In this document: positions 36,514-45,633 of the stretch, piece by piece
Position numbering within the stretch: the first letter of the stretch is position 1
Layout of the letters: each line of letters begins with the position of its first letter
Source of the DNA: a virus
Taxonomy: Duplodnaviria; Caudoviricetes
IMG/VR virus record: IMGVR_UViG_3300009092_000002
Span: 12,504 to 76,503 of that record
Direction: 5' to 3' (one strand)
Length of the DNA: 64,000 nt
Translations under genes and position numbers: made by a program
The notes under the pieces: model-generated
What the model saw: the letters and a program-made list of their open reading frames with translations, nothing else
Told to the model about the DNA's origin: nothing
Databases searched by the model: none

Positions 36514-36559
36514 AACCCAATATTACTACTCTTTCCCTCCCGATGCAAGCGCCGTCTCG

Positions 36560-36850
36560 CCGACACATTGCGTCCAACAAGTGTAGGCTTTTATCTCCTT
36601 TAGAATCAAGTACCTTACACTTCCCGACACATTTACAGGTGTTTTCTATTTACCCCCAGGGTATATCGCGCAACTAAGTTGTTGATTCTATAGTAAGTCA
36701 TTGATAATACATACTTATCAATACTTACATACTATATATATCTCTTTTTAAAATATAAAAAATAAAGTGTAGAAGTGTAGGAAGGTAATAGAATGAACAA
36801 CTTGCAAGTGTCGGCGAAGTGTTGGGAAAGTGTAGGCATCTGTAGGTTGT
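36560..36850. repeat. Origin-like region: AAGTGT(AGG) iterons around an AT-rich core
   Basis: AAGTGT at 36579, 36765, 36773, 36806, 36817, 36828 (last three 11 bp apart); inverted ACACTT at 36617; very AT-rich 36680-36770. Confidence 0.6.
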
Positions 36851-36873
36851 TGATAACAAGCCTACTATAGTTC

Positions 36874-36902
36874 TTGACACTATGTCTATGATCATATAGT
36901 AT
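36874..36902 (+). promoter_or_regulatory. Near-consensus sigma70 early promoter
   Basis: TTGACA(36874-79)-17 nt-TAGTAT(36897-902). Confidence 0.8.
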
Positions 36903-36935
36903 GGTTCTGTCAGGTAGGAAACAGGAGAAAACGAG

Positions 36936-37169
36936 ATGACAGCAGATCAGATACAGGCAGTGAGAAGGATCGGGGTAGCGATACTCGAAACAGTGCGAGA
37001 GTCAGGCGCACTCGGAGCGCCCGGTGGCCATCTTTACGCGGCACTGATGGCTCATGGCTGCACTTTGCATCAGTTCGAGCAGATCATGGGCGGTCTCGAA
37101 CGCGCTGGAATGGTCCGCAAGTCTGGAGACTGCTACCACTACGTACGCGGGCTATCTGTAGCAGCCTAA
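36936..37169 (+). CDS. Early protein, winged-helix-like
   Basis: AGGAG RBS; GAPGGHLYAALM...F..IM..L...G.V. Confidence 0.7.
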   Translation: MTADQIQAVRRIGVAILETVRESGALGAPGGHLYAALMAHGCTLHQFEQIMGGLERAGMVRKSGDCYHYVRGLSVAA

Positions 37170-37250
37170 TCGCAGAGTGGGCCCTGGAAACAGGGCTTAA
37201 TGCGCGGATCTTGGTCACAGCGCCAGATAAGAGCAGAGGAGAAAACGAGA

Positions 37251-37460
37251 ATGATACCGAACGAGAGAACCAAGGAACTGCGACGAGAGATCCGCGATAC
37301 CCGCGCCGAAATGAAGGCCAAAGGGATCAAGCGAACCTCTTGCTTCAATGGCGGTTTAATTGGAGAAGTCTACAGTTTGAATGCTCGCATGTTTCAACTT
37401 GAGACTCACCTGAAAGACGAAGAGCGGCGCAATCTGGCGGCACATGGCATTACAACCTAG
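37251..37460 (+). CDS. Early hypothetical protein
   Basis: AGGAG RBS. Confidence 0.65.
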   Translation: MIPNERTKELRREIRDTRAEMKAKGIKRTSCFNGGLIGEVYSLNARMFQLETHLKDEERRNLAAHGITT

Positions 37461-37514
37461 CATTCCAGGCCCACGTCAAGCCGGAAACTCGACGCGGGCC
37501 CTAAATCCAACACA

Positions 37515-37820
37515 GTGAGGATATTCACCATGCAGGATCTAAAAAACGGTACCACACTCAGCAAGCCGGGCCAGAAGTGGTTACTACCTTACAAGCGCGG
37601 CAAAAAGAATTACGAAGATATCGGATGCTTGCCGTATGTTTTGCTTCATGACCGCGGATTCGGCGGCGACAAGCTCTATCGCGTTGTTCGCAGGATGCCG
37701 GATGGAGGATTCGTTTATATCCTCTGTCAGGACGCCAACGGTGAACAACTCGGCCCGTTCTACAAGCGCCGCGATGCGGTGGCGATTCTCAAACAGAAGT
37801 ATCAGGAGGCTTGCAGATGA
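37515..37820 (+). CDS. Early hypothetical protein
   Basis: Operon context. Confidence 0.55.
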   Translation: MRIFTMQDLKNGTTLSKPGQKWLLPYKRGKKNYEDIGCLPYVLLHDRGFGGDKLYRVVRRMPDGGFVYILCQDANGEQLGPFYKRRDAVAILKQKYQEACR

Positions 37821-38002
37821 TAACAATTTTCAGTGATGGGCGCTGGGCTGTTGTGCTCCGCGTCGTTAACGCCCTATCGGTTGCAGGATTCGAGACCAAG
37901 ACCGACACTAAGGGCACGAACGGGCGCTACAGCGTTGCGGTGGATATGCGCGAGCGCGTTGCAGTTCGGCGGGTTATTGAGGGGCTGGAGATTCAGAAGT
38001 AG
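37817..38002 (+). CDS. Early hypothetical protein
   Basis: GGAGG RBS, ATGA overlap. Confidence 0.55.
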   Translation: MITIFSDGRWAVVLRVVNALSVAGFETKTDTKGTNGRYSVAVDMRERVAVRRVIEGLEIQK

Positions 38003-38074
38003 TAACACCGGGCCCGCCTCGAGGTTCGCGCCTCAATCCGGGCCCTAACAACGCAAATTACAGGAGAATTTACG

Positions 38075-38458
38075 ATGTCTACACAAACGGTAACATACAA
38101 ACCTTTCGCGGTGAACGCCGATTCAGCCGTTCTTTACCGCCTTCAATTTTGGATGACCAATACAGAATGCGCGAAGTGGTTCAAACGCCGTCCCGAATTA
38201 ACTCCCGAACTCATCGCCAACGCTAGGCAGCTTGAGATCGCAGGCAAGATTTACATGGGAGTTCGGTGCTTGACGACCGCAGACGCGCGGCGACTGGTTG
38301 CGGCTGCAAAGTGGGCTGCTGAAATGGCCAACCCGCTAGCGGAATGCAAGCATGAACATCTCGGCACGACTGGCGATCCAGAATCCTACACCTGTATGGA
38401 CTGCTCCGAAACATTACCACGCCGTATTGCCGTACTCGCGCGTATGGAGGTGCTCTAA
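38075..38458 (+). CDS. Early hypothetical protein with CxH...CxxC
   Basis: AGGAG RBS. Confidence 0.6.
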   Translation: MSTQTVTYKPFAVNADSAVLYRLQFWMTNTECAKWFKRRPELTPELIANARQLEIAGKIYMGVRCLTTADARRLVAAAKWAAEMANPLAECKHEHLGTTGDPESYTCMDCSETLPRRIAVLARMEVL

Positions 38459-39226
38459 ATGGCTACCTCATACGACGTGAAAGCAGTTGCCGCGATCATC
38501 CGCGCAACACTGAAGGCCGCATTCCCTAAGACAAAGTTCTCGGTTCGCCTCGATCGCTACTCGGGCGGATATTCCATCGATGCGCGATGGACGGATGGCC
38601 CCACCGATAGCCAGGTTAAGCCGATTCTTGACCGATTTGAGAGCAAGGGATTCGACGGAATGACCGATTGCTCGTATTATTGCGGGAAACGTCGCTACAA
38701 GGGCGAAATCGTCAGTATGAATGGCGGATACGTTCGCGGGACTCGCAACATGTCGAAAGCTGTTCTACTCGCCGTGGCTGATCGTGTCGCTTACGAATGC
38801 GGAACGCAGGCTCCGGAAGTCAAAGAGCACAGCGGGAAAGACGGATATGCTTACCTTGCGGGCGATTACAACCAGCGCGTACCGTTTCAGTGGCACTCAC
38901 ACTGGATCGACTCCGGAAAAGAGCATGACAAGCGCCGGAAGTGGCTAGGAATGGACGATATCACGGGCCCAGGTCACCTACTGGCGCACGATTCGCATGA
39001 AGGCGAGTACCTGACACGCCTGATCGACCGTATCGCCCATCACGTCTCCCTGGAAGAAGCGCAGCCCGTCGAACTGCCCGAATACATAAACGAAACTGCC
39101 ACGGTAGAGACCGGCCGCGCGTCGTTTGAGCCGAAAATGCGGATGTTCCCGCACCTGGAAACGGCGCAGGCTGAAGATAAGGCGATTGCCGAGTTTGAGA
39201 ATGTGAACCTGGAGGTTATCAACTAG
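38459..39226 (+). CDS. LPD29-domain protein
   Basis: A..IR..LK.AFP..KFSVR...YSGG.SI...WTDGP....V......F....FDGMTD matches LPD29. Confidence 0.75.
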   Translation: MATSYDVKAVAAIIRATLKAAFPKTKFSVRLDRYSGGYSIDARWTDGPTDSQVKPILDRFESKGFDGMTDCSYYCGKRRYKGEIVSMNGGYVRGTRNMSKAVLLAVADRVAYECGTQAPEVKEHSGKDGYAYLAGDYNQRVPFQWHSHWIDSGKEHDKRRKWLGMDDITGPGHLLAHDSHEGEYLTRLIDRIAHHVSLEEAQPVELPEYINETATVETGRASFEPKMRMFPHLETAQAEDKAIAEFENVNLEVIN

Positions 39227-39293
39227 CCCCTGCCTCCTATCTAGGGCTTTCTTCGGAGAGCCCCTGATAGGGATTAGGGGCAAAGGAGACAAT

Positions 39294-39599
39294 ATGGGAA
39301 TCGCAGCATACAACCGAGGATCGACCGCACTGTCGCGAGAAATCGACGCGGATCAGCGCCCGGTGGAATTCGAAATCATGGAACGGCTGAACGCTCTGCC
39401 GAAGTATGCGGACGCCGGTAAGCCGTTCGGCCCGATTGATTTTCGCGAGTCGAACGGTATATGGTGGGCGCTCGATCCCGCCGAAGGATTCGCGGGCTTC
39501 GGTTTCTGGTACACGTCACTACATGAAGCGGTTCGACGGTGGCGCGTTCAGATCGTTGCGTTCGACAACGGGGTATGGAAAGCGGAGGTCTCCCGATGA
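39294..39599 (+). CDS. Early hypothetical protein
   Basis: AAGGAG RBS. Confidence 0.6.
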   Translation: MGIAAYNRGSTALSREIDADQRPVEFEIMERLNALPKYADAGKPFGPIDFRESNGIWWALDPAEGFAGFGFWYTSLHEAVRRWRVQIVAFDNGVWKAEVSR

Positions 39600-39826
39600 A
39601 ACACCAACCTAACCTCGCCGAACTGGAGCGCCTCTGTATGAACTGGAACGGAACCTATCCAATTGGAACTGAGGTCGAGTACCACTCGGTTATCGGTTCA
39701 CCAAAGCACATCGTAACGCGCACCCGTACCGGCGCTTATGTTCTGAGCGGACATACCGCCGTGCTGTTTGTTGAGGGCGTCTCTGGCTGCGTAGCATTGG
39801 AAGCGGTTGAGCCGGTGACGAAATAG
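39596..39826 (+). CDS. Early hypothetical protein
   Basis: GGAGG RBS; ATGA overlap; WN..YPIGT.V...TRT.A.VLSGH.AV..V.G..GCVAL motif. Confidence 0.65.
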   Translation: MKHQPNLAELERLCMNWNGTYPIGTEVEYHSVIGSPKHIVTRTRTGAYVLSGHTAVLFVEGVSGCVALEAVEPVTK

Positions 39827-39924
39827 CCCCATACCACAACCCACCCCGTGAGAAAATTGCGTTTTTGCACCCTCACGGGCGGGGCGGATTGGCAATTTAG
39901 TTTAGGGGAAGGAAGGGAGAAGAG

Positions 39925-40410
39925 ATGGCCGAACAAACACTGGTCCACTATAGCAAGCACCCACTTACGGAAATTAGATCGGTTTCTGTAGCCGAACAGG
40001 GTGATCACCACAAACCCAAAGGGCTGTGGGTGTCCGTTCTCGGGGAATGCGACTGGAAATCATGGTGCGAAGGAGAAGGGTTTTCCCTTCCAAATCTATC
40101 CATTGCGCACAGAATTATCCTGTCAGATAAAGCCGATATCCTGCGTCTATCGAACGCTCAAGATATTGACCAATTCACGTTGGAGTTTGCTAGGCCAGAG
40201 CGATACGGCAGTAGATACGAGATTGACTGGCAGAGAGTTGCTAACGGTCGCGACGGAATTATTATAGCGCCGTACGTGTGGGAGCGCCGGTTGAATGGTG
40301 GGGCAGACTGGTATTACCGATGGGATTGCGCAAGCGGGTGTATCTGGAACGCTTCAGCGGTCAAGCAAATCATCCCGATGCAGTCCGAGGCTGCAATCTG
40401 TGCCCACTAG
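39925..40410 (+). CDS. Hypothetical protein
   Basis: KPKGLWVS...W..WC...IDW..VA...DGI.IAPY...WY..WDCASGCIWN motif common in phages. Confidence 0.7.
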   Translation: MAEQTLVHYSKHPLTEIRSVSVAEQGDHHKPKGLWVSVLGECDWKSWCEGEGFSLPNLSIAHRIILSDKADILRLSNAQDIDQFTLEFARPERYGSRYEIDWQRVANGRDGIIIAPYVWERRLNGGADWYYRWDCASGCIWNASAVKQIIPMQSEAAICAH

Positions 40411-40437
40411 CCCCGACTGCCGCGCGCTGGTGCGACC

Positions 40438-40605
40438 ATGAAAACCCTAATCCTGAACTGCCTCCGATGTCAGCACAAGTGGCTGCGCCGGAGTCTGGAG
40501 AGGCTACCAAAACAATGCCCGAATTGCCACTCACCCTACTGGGCTAAACATCGGCGAATCACAGCCAATAGACCCGCTCCACGCACCGAGTCGATTTCCC
40601 ATTAA
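40438..40605 (+). CDS. 55-aa zinc-ribbon protein (below ORF-track cutoff)
   Basis: Hand translation: MKTLILNCLRCQHKWLRRSLERLPKQCPNCHSPYWAKHRRITANRPAPRTESISH. Confidence 0.7.
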   Translation: MKTLILNCLRCQHKWLRRSLERLPKQCPNCHSPYWAKHRRITANRPAPRTESISH

Positions 40606-42214
40606 CGTCGTGTAGCGCGACCTGATAGCCGGCGGATTTGAGCATCTGGGTAATGGCCTTATCGCTGTGCGGCTTACCCAGAAACGGCCGGAACTTCTCC
40701 CGGAATTCCTTCATCGGGATAACATACTCTGGCTTGCCGTTCGATTTGACTTCCTCGCTCTTGCCGCAGCACTCCTCTATAAATCCATTGACGGGATTCT
40801 GCTCAAGCCGGTATTGCGCCACGCGCGCGGTAGATTCGTCGATCACCGTAAACTCGCCGTTGTTGCGTACCAGGCGGTCAGCCCCTTCGACGCTCCAGGC
40901 AAAAATACCCTGAATCTCAGCCTTGAGTTTGTCAAGAATCCCCTTATCCTGTTCACTCTTCAATAATACGTGCCTAAATTGAATCAGTAGTAGACGGTTG
41001 AACGTGGCGCGGCTGAGATCGTTGATGGTCGGCAGGTTGTTACAGCAGATGACGTGCTTACAGAATGGGGTGTAGTCGAAGGGCTGAAGGAATTTCGGAT
41101 CGATCGATATCGGATCTCCTGTCGAGACGAGCTGCTTAAATCCGCCATCGGCGATCATGGCGTCGGATGGCAGCTCAGTCAGCAGGTTAACCATCTTGCC
41201 CACCAGGGGCGCGCGCTTGCGCTCGTCGGCCATCTGGTCGGTAGACAGGGTACATCGGTTGTGCGGACCCACCAGGGCGCTAAGAATGAGCGGAACCTGG
41301 CTTTTGCCGGTGTCCGACTCGCCTTGGAGAAATAAGGCTCGCTTATACAGGGCGTGCGGCAGGAGCACATACCCGAAATACTCCTGCAGTGCGTCGATCT
41401 TGGCGTCGGCGTCCTTATCGCCCCGGAACCATCGCTCCATGGTCGCGAGCCAGATCGGGCAGCGGGCCTGCGGGTCGTAATTGTGCGGGATGACGGTTTC
41501 GAGGTAATCTTCGCGGGCGTGCGCCCGGACTTTGCAGGTATGGACATCAACCACTCCATTAGCGCAGGCGATCTCTGTCGGCCCCAGCGCCCGCCATGGT
41601 ATTTCGGTCTGGTTGGTGGCGTCGAGCACGTACTTGACGGCCTCCGAGCGCCGGGCGTCGGTCGTGTACTGATGGCTGTCGAGCGCCAAAGCATAGCTGC
41701 GGAGTTTGGAATTCGGGATGCGCTCCCAGTACCGCCCGTTGTACTCGCGCACCTGTCCGGAGGATTCGAGCAGAATATCGTGATCGCGCATGATGAGCCG
41801 CGCGAGATCGTTGACGACTACCTTAGCGGCGCTGTCGTTCGGCAGGTATAGCGCCGGCGCGCGGACCCCTGGCGGATGCTCGGAGCCGCGGGAGCCTGAG
41901 CGCTGGTCAGGCCGATGCTTTTCGATTAGCCTGCTGATTTTATGGGCGGGGAAGAACTTCCCCCACTTCTTATGGAACTTCTCGACATACTGCTCTGCCT
42001 CCAACTCCGGCAGCAGCGCGAGCTTCGGCACGAGCGCGAGCACTGCAGGCACGTCGGCCTTGCTCTCCATCAACAGGTCGATAATGTGGAGGTCTATGTC
42101 AGCCCTAAGGCTCTGCGCAGCGGCAGCCTGGTAGGCGGCGCTCTGGTATGGATTGGGGGGATGGGTTATACGGTCGCCTCCGGGGATTGGTTGGTGCGCG
42201 GTAGCCGTACGCAC
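40559..42214 (-). CDS. D5/P4-family SF3 helicase (primase-helicase C-terminal part)
   Basis: D5_N-like IACANGVVD...H..E.Y; Walker A GESDTGKS; motif B; NNLP. Confidence 0.88.
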   Translation of the reverse strand: MRTATAHQPIPGGDRITHPPNPYQSAAYQAAAAQSLRADIDLHIIDLLMESKADVPAVLALVPKLALLPELEAEQYVEKFHKKWGKFFPAHKISRLIEKHRPDQRSGSRGSEHPPGVRAPALYLPNDSAAKVVVNDLARLIMRDHDILLESSGQVREYNGRYWERIPNSKLRSYALALDSHQYTTDARRSEAVKYVLDATNQTEIPWRALGPTEIACANGVVDVHTCKVRAHAREDYLETVIPHNYDPQARCPIWLATMERWFRGDKDADAKIDALQEYFGYVLLPHALYKRALFLQGESDTGKSQVPLILSALVGPHNRCTLSTDQMADERKRAPLVGKMVNLLTELPSDAMIADGGFKQLVSTGDPISIDPKFLQPFDYTPFCKHVICCNNLPTINDLSRATFNRLLLIQFRHVLLKSEQDKGILDKLKAEIQGIFAWSVEGADRLVRNNGEFTVIDESTARVAQYRLEQNPVNGFIEECCGKSEEVKSNGKPEYVIPMKEFREKFRPFLGKPHSDKAITQMLKSAGYQVALHDVNGKSTRCVERVYWL

Positions 42215-42453
42215 GACCTAACATAAGCCCTAACGCGTTCCAGGTCGCGCATTTTATGGTAAGTTCCGTACTCAATAACTCCCGCTATTTCCAGGCCGCG
42301 AACTCGGTATACGTCATGCGGTCCGGTAACATAGGTTGCATCACGAAATGCGCCATACCCAATCCGCTCACCGGCTTGCTTGGGGTTCTCGTTGGCCCAC
42401 TTTACGAACTCCCGATGGCTGCCGCATAGAACGGCTACAATCCTACCCTTCAT
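42166..42453 (-). CDS. Hypothetical protein
   Basis: Overlapping operon context. Confidence 0.45.
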   Translation of the reverse strand: MKGRIVAVLCGSHREFVKWANENPKQAGERIGYGAFRDATYVTGPHDVYRVRGLEIAGVIEYGTYHKMRDLERVRAYVRSCVRLPRTNQSPEATV

Positions 42454-42701
42454 CGCCCCGCCACCTCCAAAATCCCCACGATCTGCCGTGCGATCGCCCG
42501 CGCCTCGGCCTCTTCGCGCTCACGCTGCTCAACGTGCAGCCGGTACAGCCGCCGAAACTCCGGATGCTCGGCCCGGTACTTGATGTAGGCGTCCATAATC
42601 TGCTGCGGTGTCGCCTCCCGGATCGCCCGGTTGCAGGCGTCCCAGCGCGACTGATCGGCGGCGGCAAGGATGCGCCAGGCGGCTGAGGATTTGTGGGTCA
42701 T
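42450..42701 (-). CDS. Hypothetical protein
   Basis: ATGA overlaps. Confidence 0.5.
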   Translation of the reverse strand: MTHKSSAAWRILAAADQSRWDACNRAIREATPQQIMDAYIKYRAEHPEFRRLYRLHVEQREREEAEARAIARQIVGILEVAGR

Positions 42702-43708
42702 GCGACGGACTCCCGTAGCGCGTTTCGTAGAATTGAAACTACTAGTTTTTCTACCGCTGCTCTCTCTGGTTCGTTTGGCAGTTCCGACTTATCTCGCGCC
42801 GCTCGGCACTCCTCGAACAATCCAGTAGAATGCTCTTTGATTTGGGTTAATGTCCACTTGCCTCGCTTAATATCCAGCAATTCGGCGGCGTCGGTTGTTC
42901 GATATACCTGGAGTTCGCCGGTCTGCATGAATTCTTTACACATTCGGAGAAGGCGAATCAGATGCGCGGCATTCTTGGAATCGTAGCCGTGCTCTAAAAC
43001 TAGGCCCTTGCGCTTTTCTCCGAGGTAGCCGATATTCTCGCCCTTCTTCTGATAATGTTTCAGTCGTTGTAGGAGAACGTCCGTACCCCAGTTCGCGGCA
43101 TCGCGACTCTCGCCCGTGTCACGTTTGGGTTCCGGAAATACCTCACCTTTGTGGTTCGGGTGAATACCGCGATGCTTCAATTCTGCGGTGACCGCCATGT
43201 ATTCGCGTAACTCGGCAGGGTCCCGGCTCTCCATCTTTTCAAGCTGGGCATGGGCGTATCCAGCGAATGCGTTGTAGACGTGCTTGCCGATAAATAGATG
43301 GCGGTTTTTGATCAGTTCTTTTGCGGCTCCGCTTTTGAAAAGGTAGTCCTCTTCGCGAAGCCAGAGCGTTCCGAGAATATTCGGGTTGCCCTGAAGGAGA
43401 AGCGACACGGCCTTGCGGAGTTCATAGAATACGCAGTCGTACTGCGCCTCTTTGTATTCCTTCGTGCCGCGCGATCCCCACTCGGACAGTCCTAAATAGC
43501 ACTCCTCCGGCCCGACAACAAACCCCATGAGATCCACGTCGTCAATGGAGTTCGGATCGGTATTCGGAACGTACATGTTGTGCGCAATCGAGCCACGATA
43601 AGCAAGCAGCATCGTGCCACCTGGGATCTTGCACGCGCCGTCTGGATTCTTCAGATTAAATAGCGACCAATCCTTTACCATTCCACCTCCAAATTCCCCC
43701 TCATCCAC
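42698..43708 (-). CDS. DNA polymerase beta-superfamily nucleotidyltransferase (PF10127/RlaP-like)
   Basis: YRGSIAH...D.D..G; NPNILG.LW; Y.AF.GYA..Q; GYDSKNAAHLIRLL; LLDIKRG. Confidence 0.85.
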   Translation of the reverse strand: MDEGEFGGGMVKDWSLFNLKNPDGACKIPGGTMLLAYRGSIAHNMYVPNTDPNSIDDVDLMGFVVGPEECYLGLSEWGSRGTKEYKEAQYDCVFYELRKAVSLLLQGNPNILGTLWLREEDYLFKSGAAKELIKNRHLFIGKHVYNAFAGYAHAQLEKMESRDPAELREYMAVTAELKHRGIHPNHKGEVFPEPKRDTGESRDAANWGTDVLLQRLKHYQKKGENIGYLGEKRKGLVLEHGYDSKNAAHLIRLLRMCKEFMQTGELQVYRTTDAAELLDIKRGKWTLTQIKEHSTGLFEECRAARDKSELPNEPERAAVEKLVVSILRNALRESVA

Positions 43709-44142
43709 TCAAACGCCTCAACCTCAACCGTAGGCAGCATCGCGGCCCTGACGACTGCAGCGTACCCTCCCAGCGATACCCAGTAAGCGCACTCCCCCGC
43801 AAGCCCCTCCGCGATCGCCAACCGCTCCCGATACTCGCGCACGGGCACCGAGTCCAGCGCCACCCCACTGCGCTCCGCGAGCACGCGCACGGCTTCGGGG
43901 AACGACAGCCCGTCGATAGCCCGGAGGAAGGCGATGGCGTCGCCGGATTTGCCACAGCCGAAACACTTGTAGAATCCGCGGTCGGCGTGGACGCGGAAGC
44001 TGGGCGTCTTCTCGATGTGGAAGCAGCACAGCCCGATGTAGTCTTGCGTGCGCCCGATGCGCTTCAGGCGTACACGTTCGGAGATCAGGGCGAGAATGTT
44101 GGCGCTGGCTCTGACTTGGGATAGGGCGCTAGGTGCGAACAT
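43675..44142 (-). CDS. Stand-alone CHC2 zinc-finger (DnaG N-terminal-like) protein
   Basis: GLCCFH.EKTPSF.V......YKCFGCGKSGDAI.FL..IDG..F.EA...LA. Confidence 0.85.
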   Translation of the reverse strand: MFAPSALSQVRASANILALISERVRLKRIGRTQDYIGLCCFHIEKTPSFRVHADRGFYKCFGCGKSGDAIAFLRAIDGLSFPEAVRVLAERSGVALDSVPVREYRERLAIAEGLAGECAYWVSLGGYAAVVRAAMLPTVEVEAFEWMRGNLEVEW

Positions 44143-44234
44143 GGGCCTCCCGCGAAGTGAGCCAAAAGCTTGTCAAGTTATTTATTTTCGCGTTGCAGTC
44201 GCTAGGGTTATAGTGCGCGAAAGGCCCATTTTCA

Positions 44235-44263
44235 TTGGTCCGCGAAAGCCACTGTGATAAAAT
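44235..44263 (+). promoter_or_regulatory. Extended -10 promoter
   Basis: TTGGTC-17 nt-TAAAAT with TG at the extended -10 position; same ATGGTTCT and AGGAGAAAAC downstream as the 36874 promoter. Confidence 0.55.
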
Positions 44264-44299
44264 GGTTCTAGCTCGCAACCAACGAGCAGGAGAAAACAA

Positions 44300-44569
44300 A
44301 TGAAGAAAGTTGATCTGTACTTGGAATCCGCTACGGATTACAGCATCACACAAGTAGATGGCGCAAAACGATCCACCATCACACCGGAACGCGCCCGCGA
44401 ATTGTATGAAGCCGGTCAAGTCCGTGACCGCAATATGGCATTTGATAGACTCGCCGAATACCGCTTTGACGTAGAGGCGGTCAAATCTTACTACACCAGC
44501 ATGAGTGCGCGGCGAACAGGGCAAGCCCGCACCTGGAACCCCAAGTTGGGAATTACTCAAGGGCTCTGA
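44300..44569 (+). CDS. Isolated early-type hypothetical protein
   Basis: AGGAG RBS; own promoter; followed by hairpins. Confidence 0.7.
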   Translation: MKKVDLYLESATDYSITQVDGAKRSTITPERARELYEAGQVRDRNMAFDRLAEYRFDVEAVKSYYTSMSARRTGQARTWNPKLGITQGL

Positions 44570-44876
44570 TCCCCGCCGTGCGCCTCTCCGCGTGCGCGGG
44601 GCGTCTGCCGTGGTAGGCAGGGCCGGTACGAAACCCGGCAAGCCCCTGATCACTCCTCCCCTCCCGGCCGCCGCGCCCGAGACGGATGTACTTCGCCCAG
44701 ATCGCCCATCGGTGAGCGCAGATTGGGCGCCCACACCTGGAAATACCAATCCGGCCATTCTATGCGAACGTCCATCGATTTCCGTTTCTCGCTAGCCGTC
44801 GCCGGAGCCGGTACGTCGCACTCGTGCGGCGAGAACGGGGTGATGTTGCGGCGGCTGCATGGGCCTAGGGGTGGTT

Positions 44877-45161
44877 TCATTGGGTGGCCTCGTTGATTAG
44901 AGGTATCCCAGCAATTGAATTTCGGCGGTAAAATACCGTGTCGTTGATGGTTTTCAGCGGCGAGATATCGTCAGGAGCGTGGACCGATTCGAAGTCAAAT
45001 ATCTGACGATGCAAGTACAGGCCAGCCAGATACCTGCCCTCTCGCCGCAGCTCTCTCTGTGAGCCCTGAATGGTCACGTGAAAATAGATCCACGGATAGT
45101 TGCTCCTTGAGAGCCCACGAATCCTACAGCGAAACCAGCCAGCATGTAATGTCTTGCTCAT
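44877..45161 (-). CDS. Hypothetical protein
   Basis: ATG 45161 overlaps upstream stop. Confidence 0.45.
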   Translation of the reverse strand: MSKTLHAGWFRCRIRGLSRSNYPWIYFHVTIQGSQRELRREGRYLAGLYLHRQIFDFESVHAPDDISPLKTINDTVFYRRNSIAGIPLINEATQ

Positions 45162-45430
45162 TGCGTAATCTCCTCCTGCCCCGTTCCGCCAAGAATCAGC
45201 CGCAGATCCGCCGTACGATCGCGATGCGGGCACACCGCCGTCAGTCCGCACGCTGGACATTTGAACCTGGCTGCGAATCGGGCATGGATATCCCCGAGCG
45301 TGTCTTCCTCGCGCACGGTCTCATGGACTTGCGCTGCGATAAGTTCCCTCATCGACGACACCTGCCCATCCCAGGGCGTGCCGAGCGTTCTCCGCGACTG
45401 CGGGCCGAGTTTGGCGTGGGCGTTGGTCAT
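45158..45430 (-). CDS. Hypothetical protein with CPAC
   Basis: ATGA overlaps. Confidence 0.5.
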   Translation of the reverse strand: MTNAHAKLGPQSRRTLGTPWDGQVSSMRELIAAQVHETVREEDTLGDIHARFAARFKCPACGLTAVCPHRDRTADLRLILGGTGQEEITQ

Positions 45431-45633
45431 AAGGTGGGTTCCTTGGGAACGCAGTGACACGTATTCCCTTTGTCGAGAAAGCGCTGATGCGTCTGCGCCG
45501 CCGTGGTGGTGAAGAATCCCGCGCGACTCGGTTGGTGGTTGTCGTGCGTCCACAGGTTGACGTTGTGGTATTTGCCGCGCTTCTCCGCAACGATGCGCCA
45601 GCCTGCGGATTCAAGCTTCTCTCGGTCGGTCAA
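45427..45633 (-). CDS. Hypothetical protein
   Basis: Overlap coupling. Confidence 0.5.
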   Translation of the reverse strand: MTDREKLESAGWRIVAEKRGKYHNVNLWTHDNHQPSRAGFFTTTAAQTHQRFLDKGNTCHCVPKEPTL

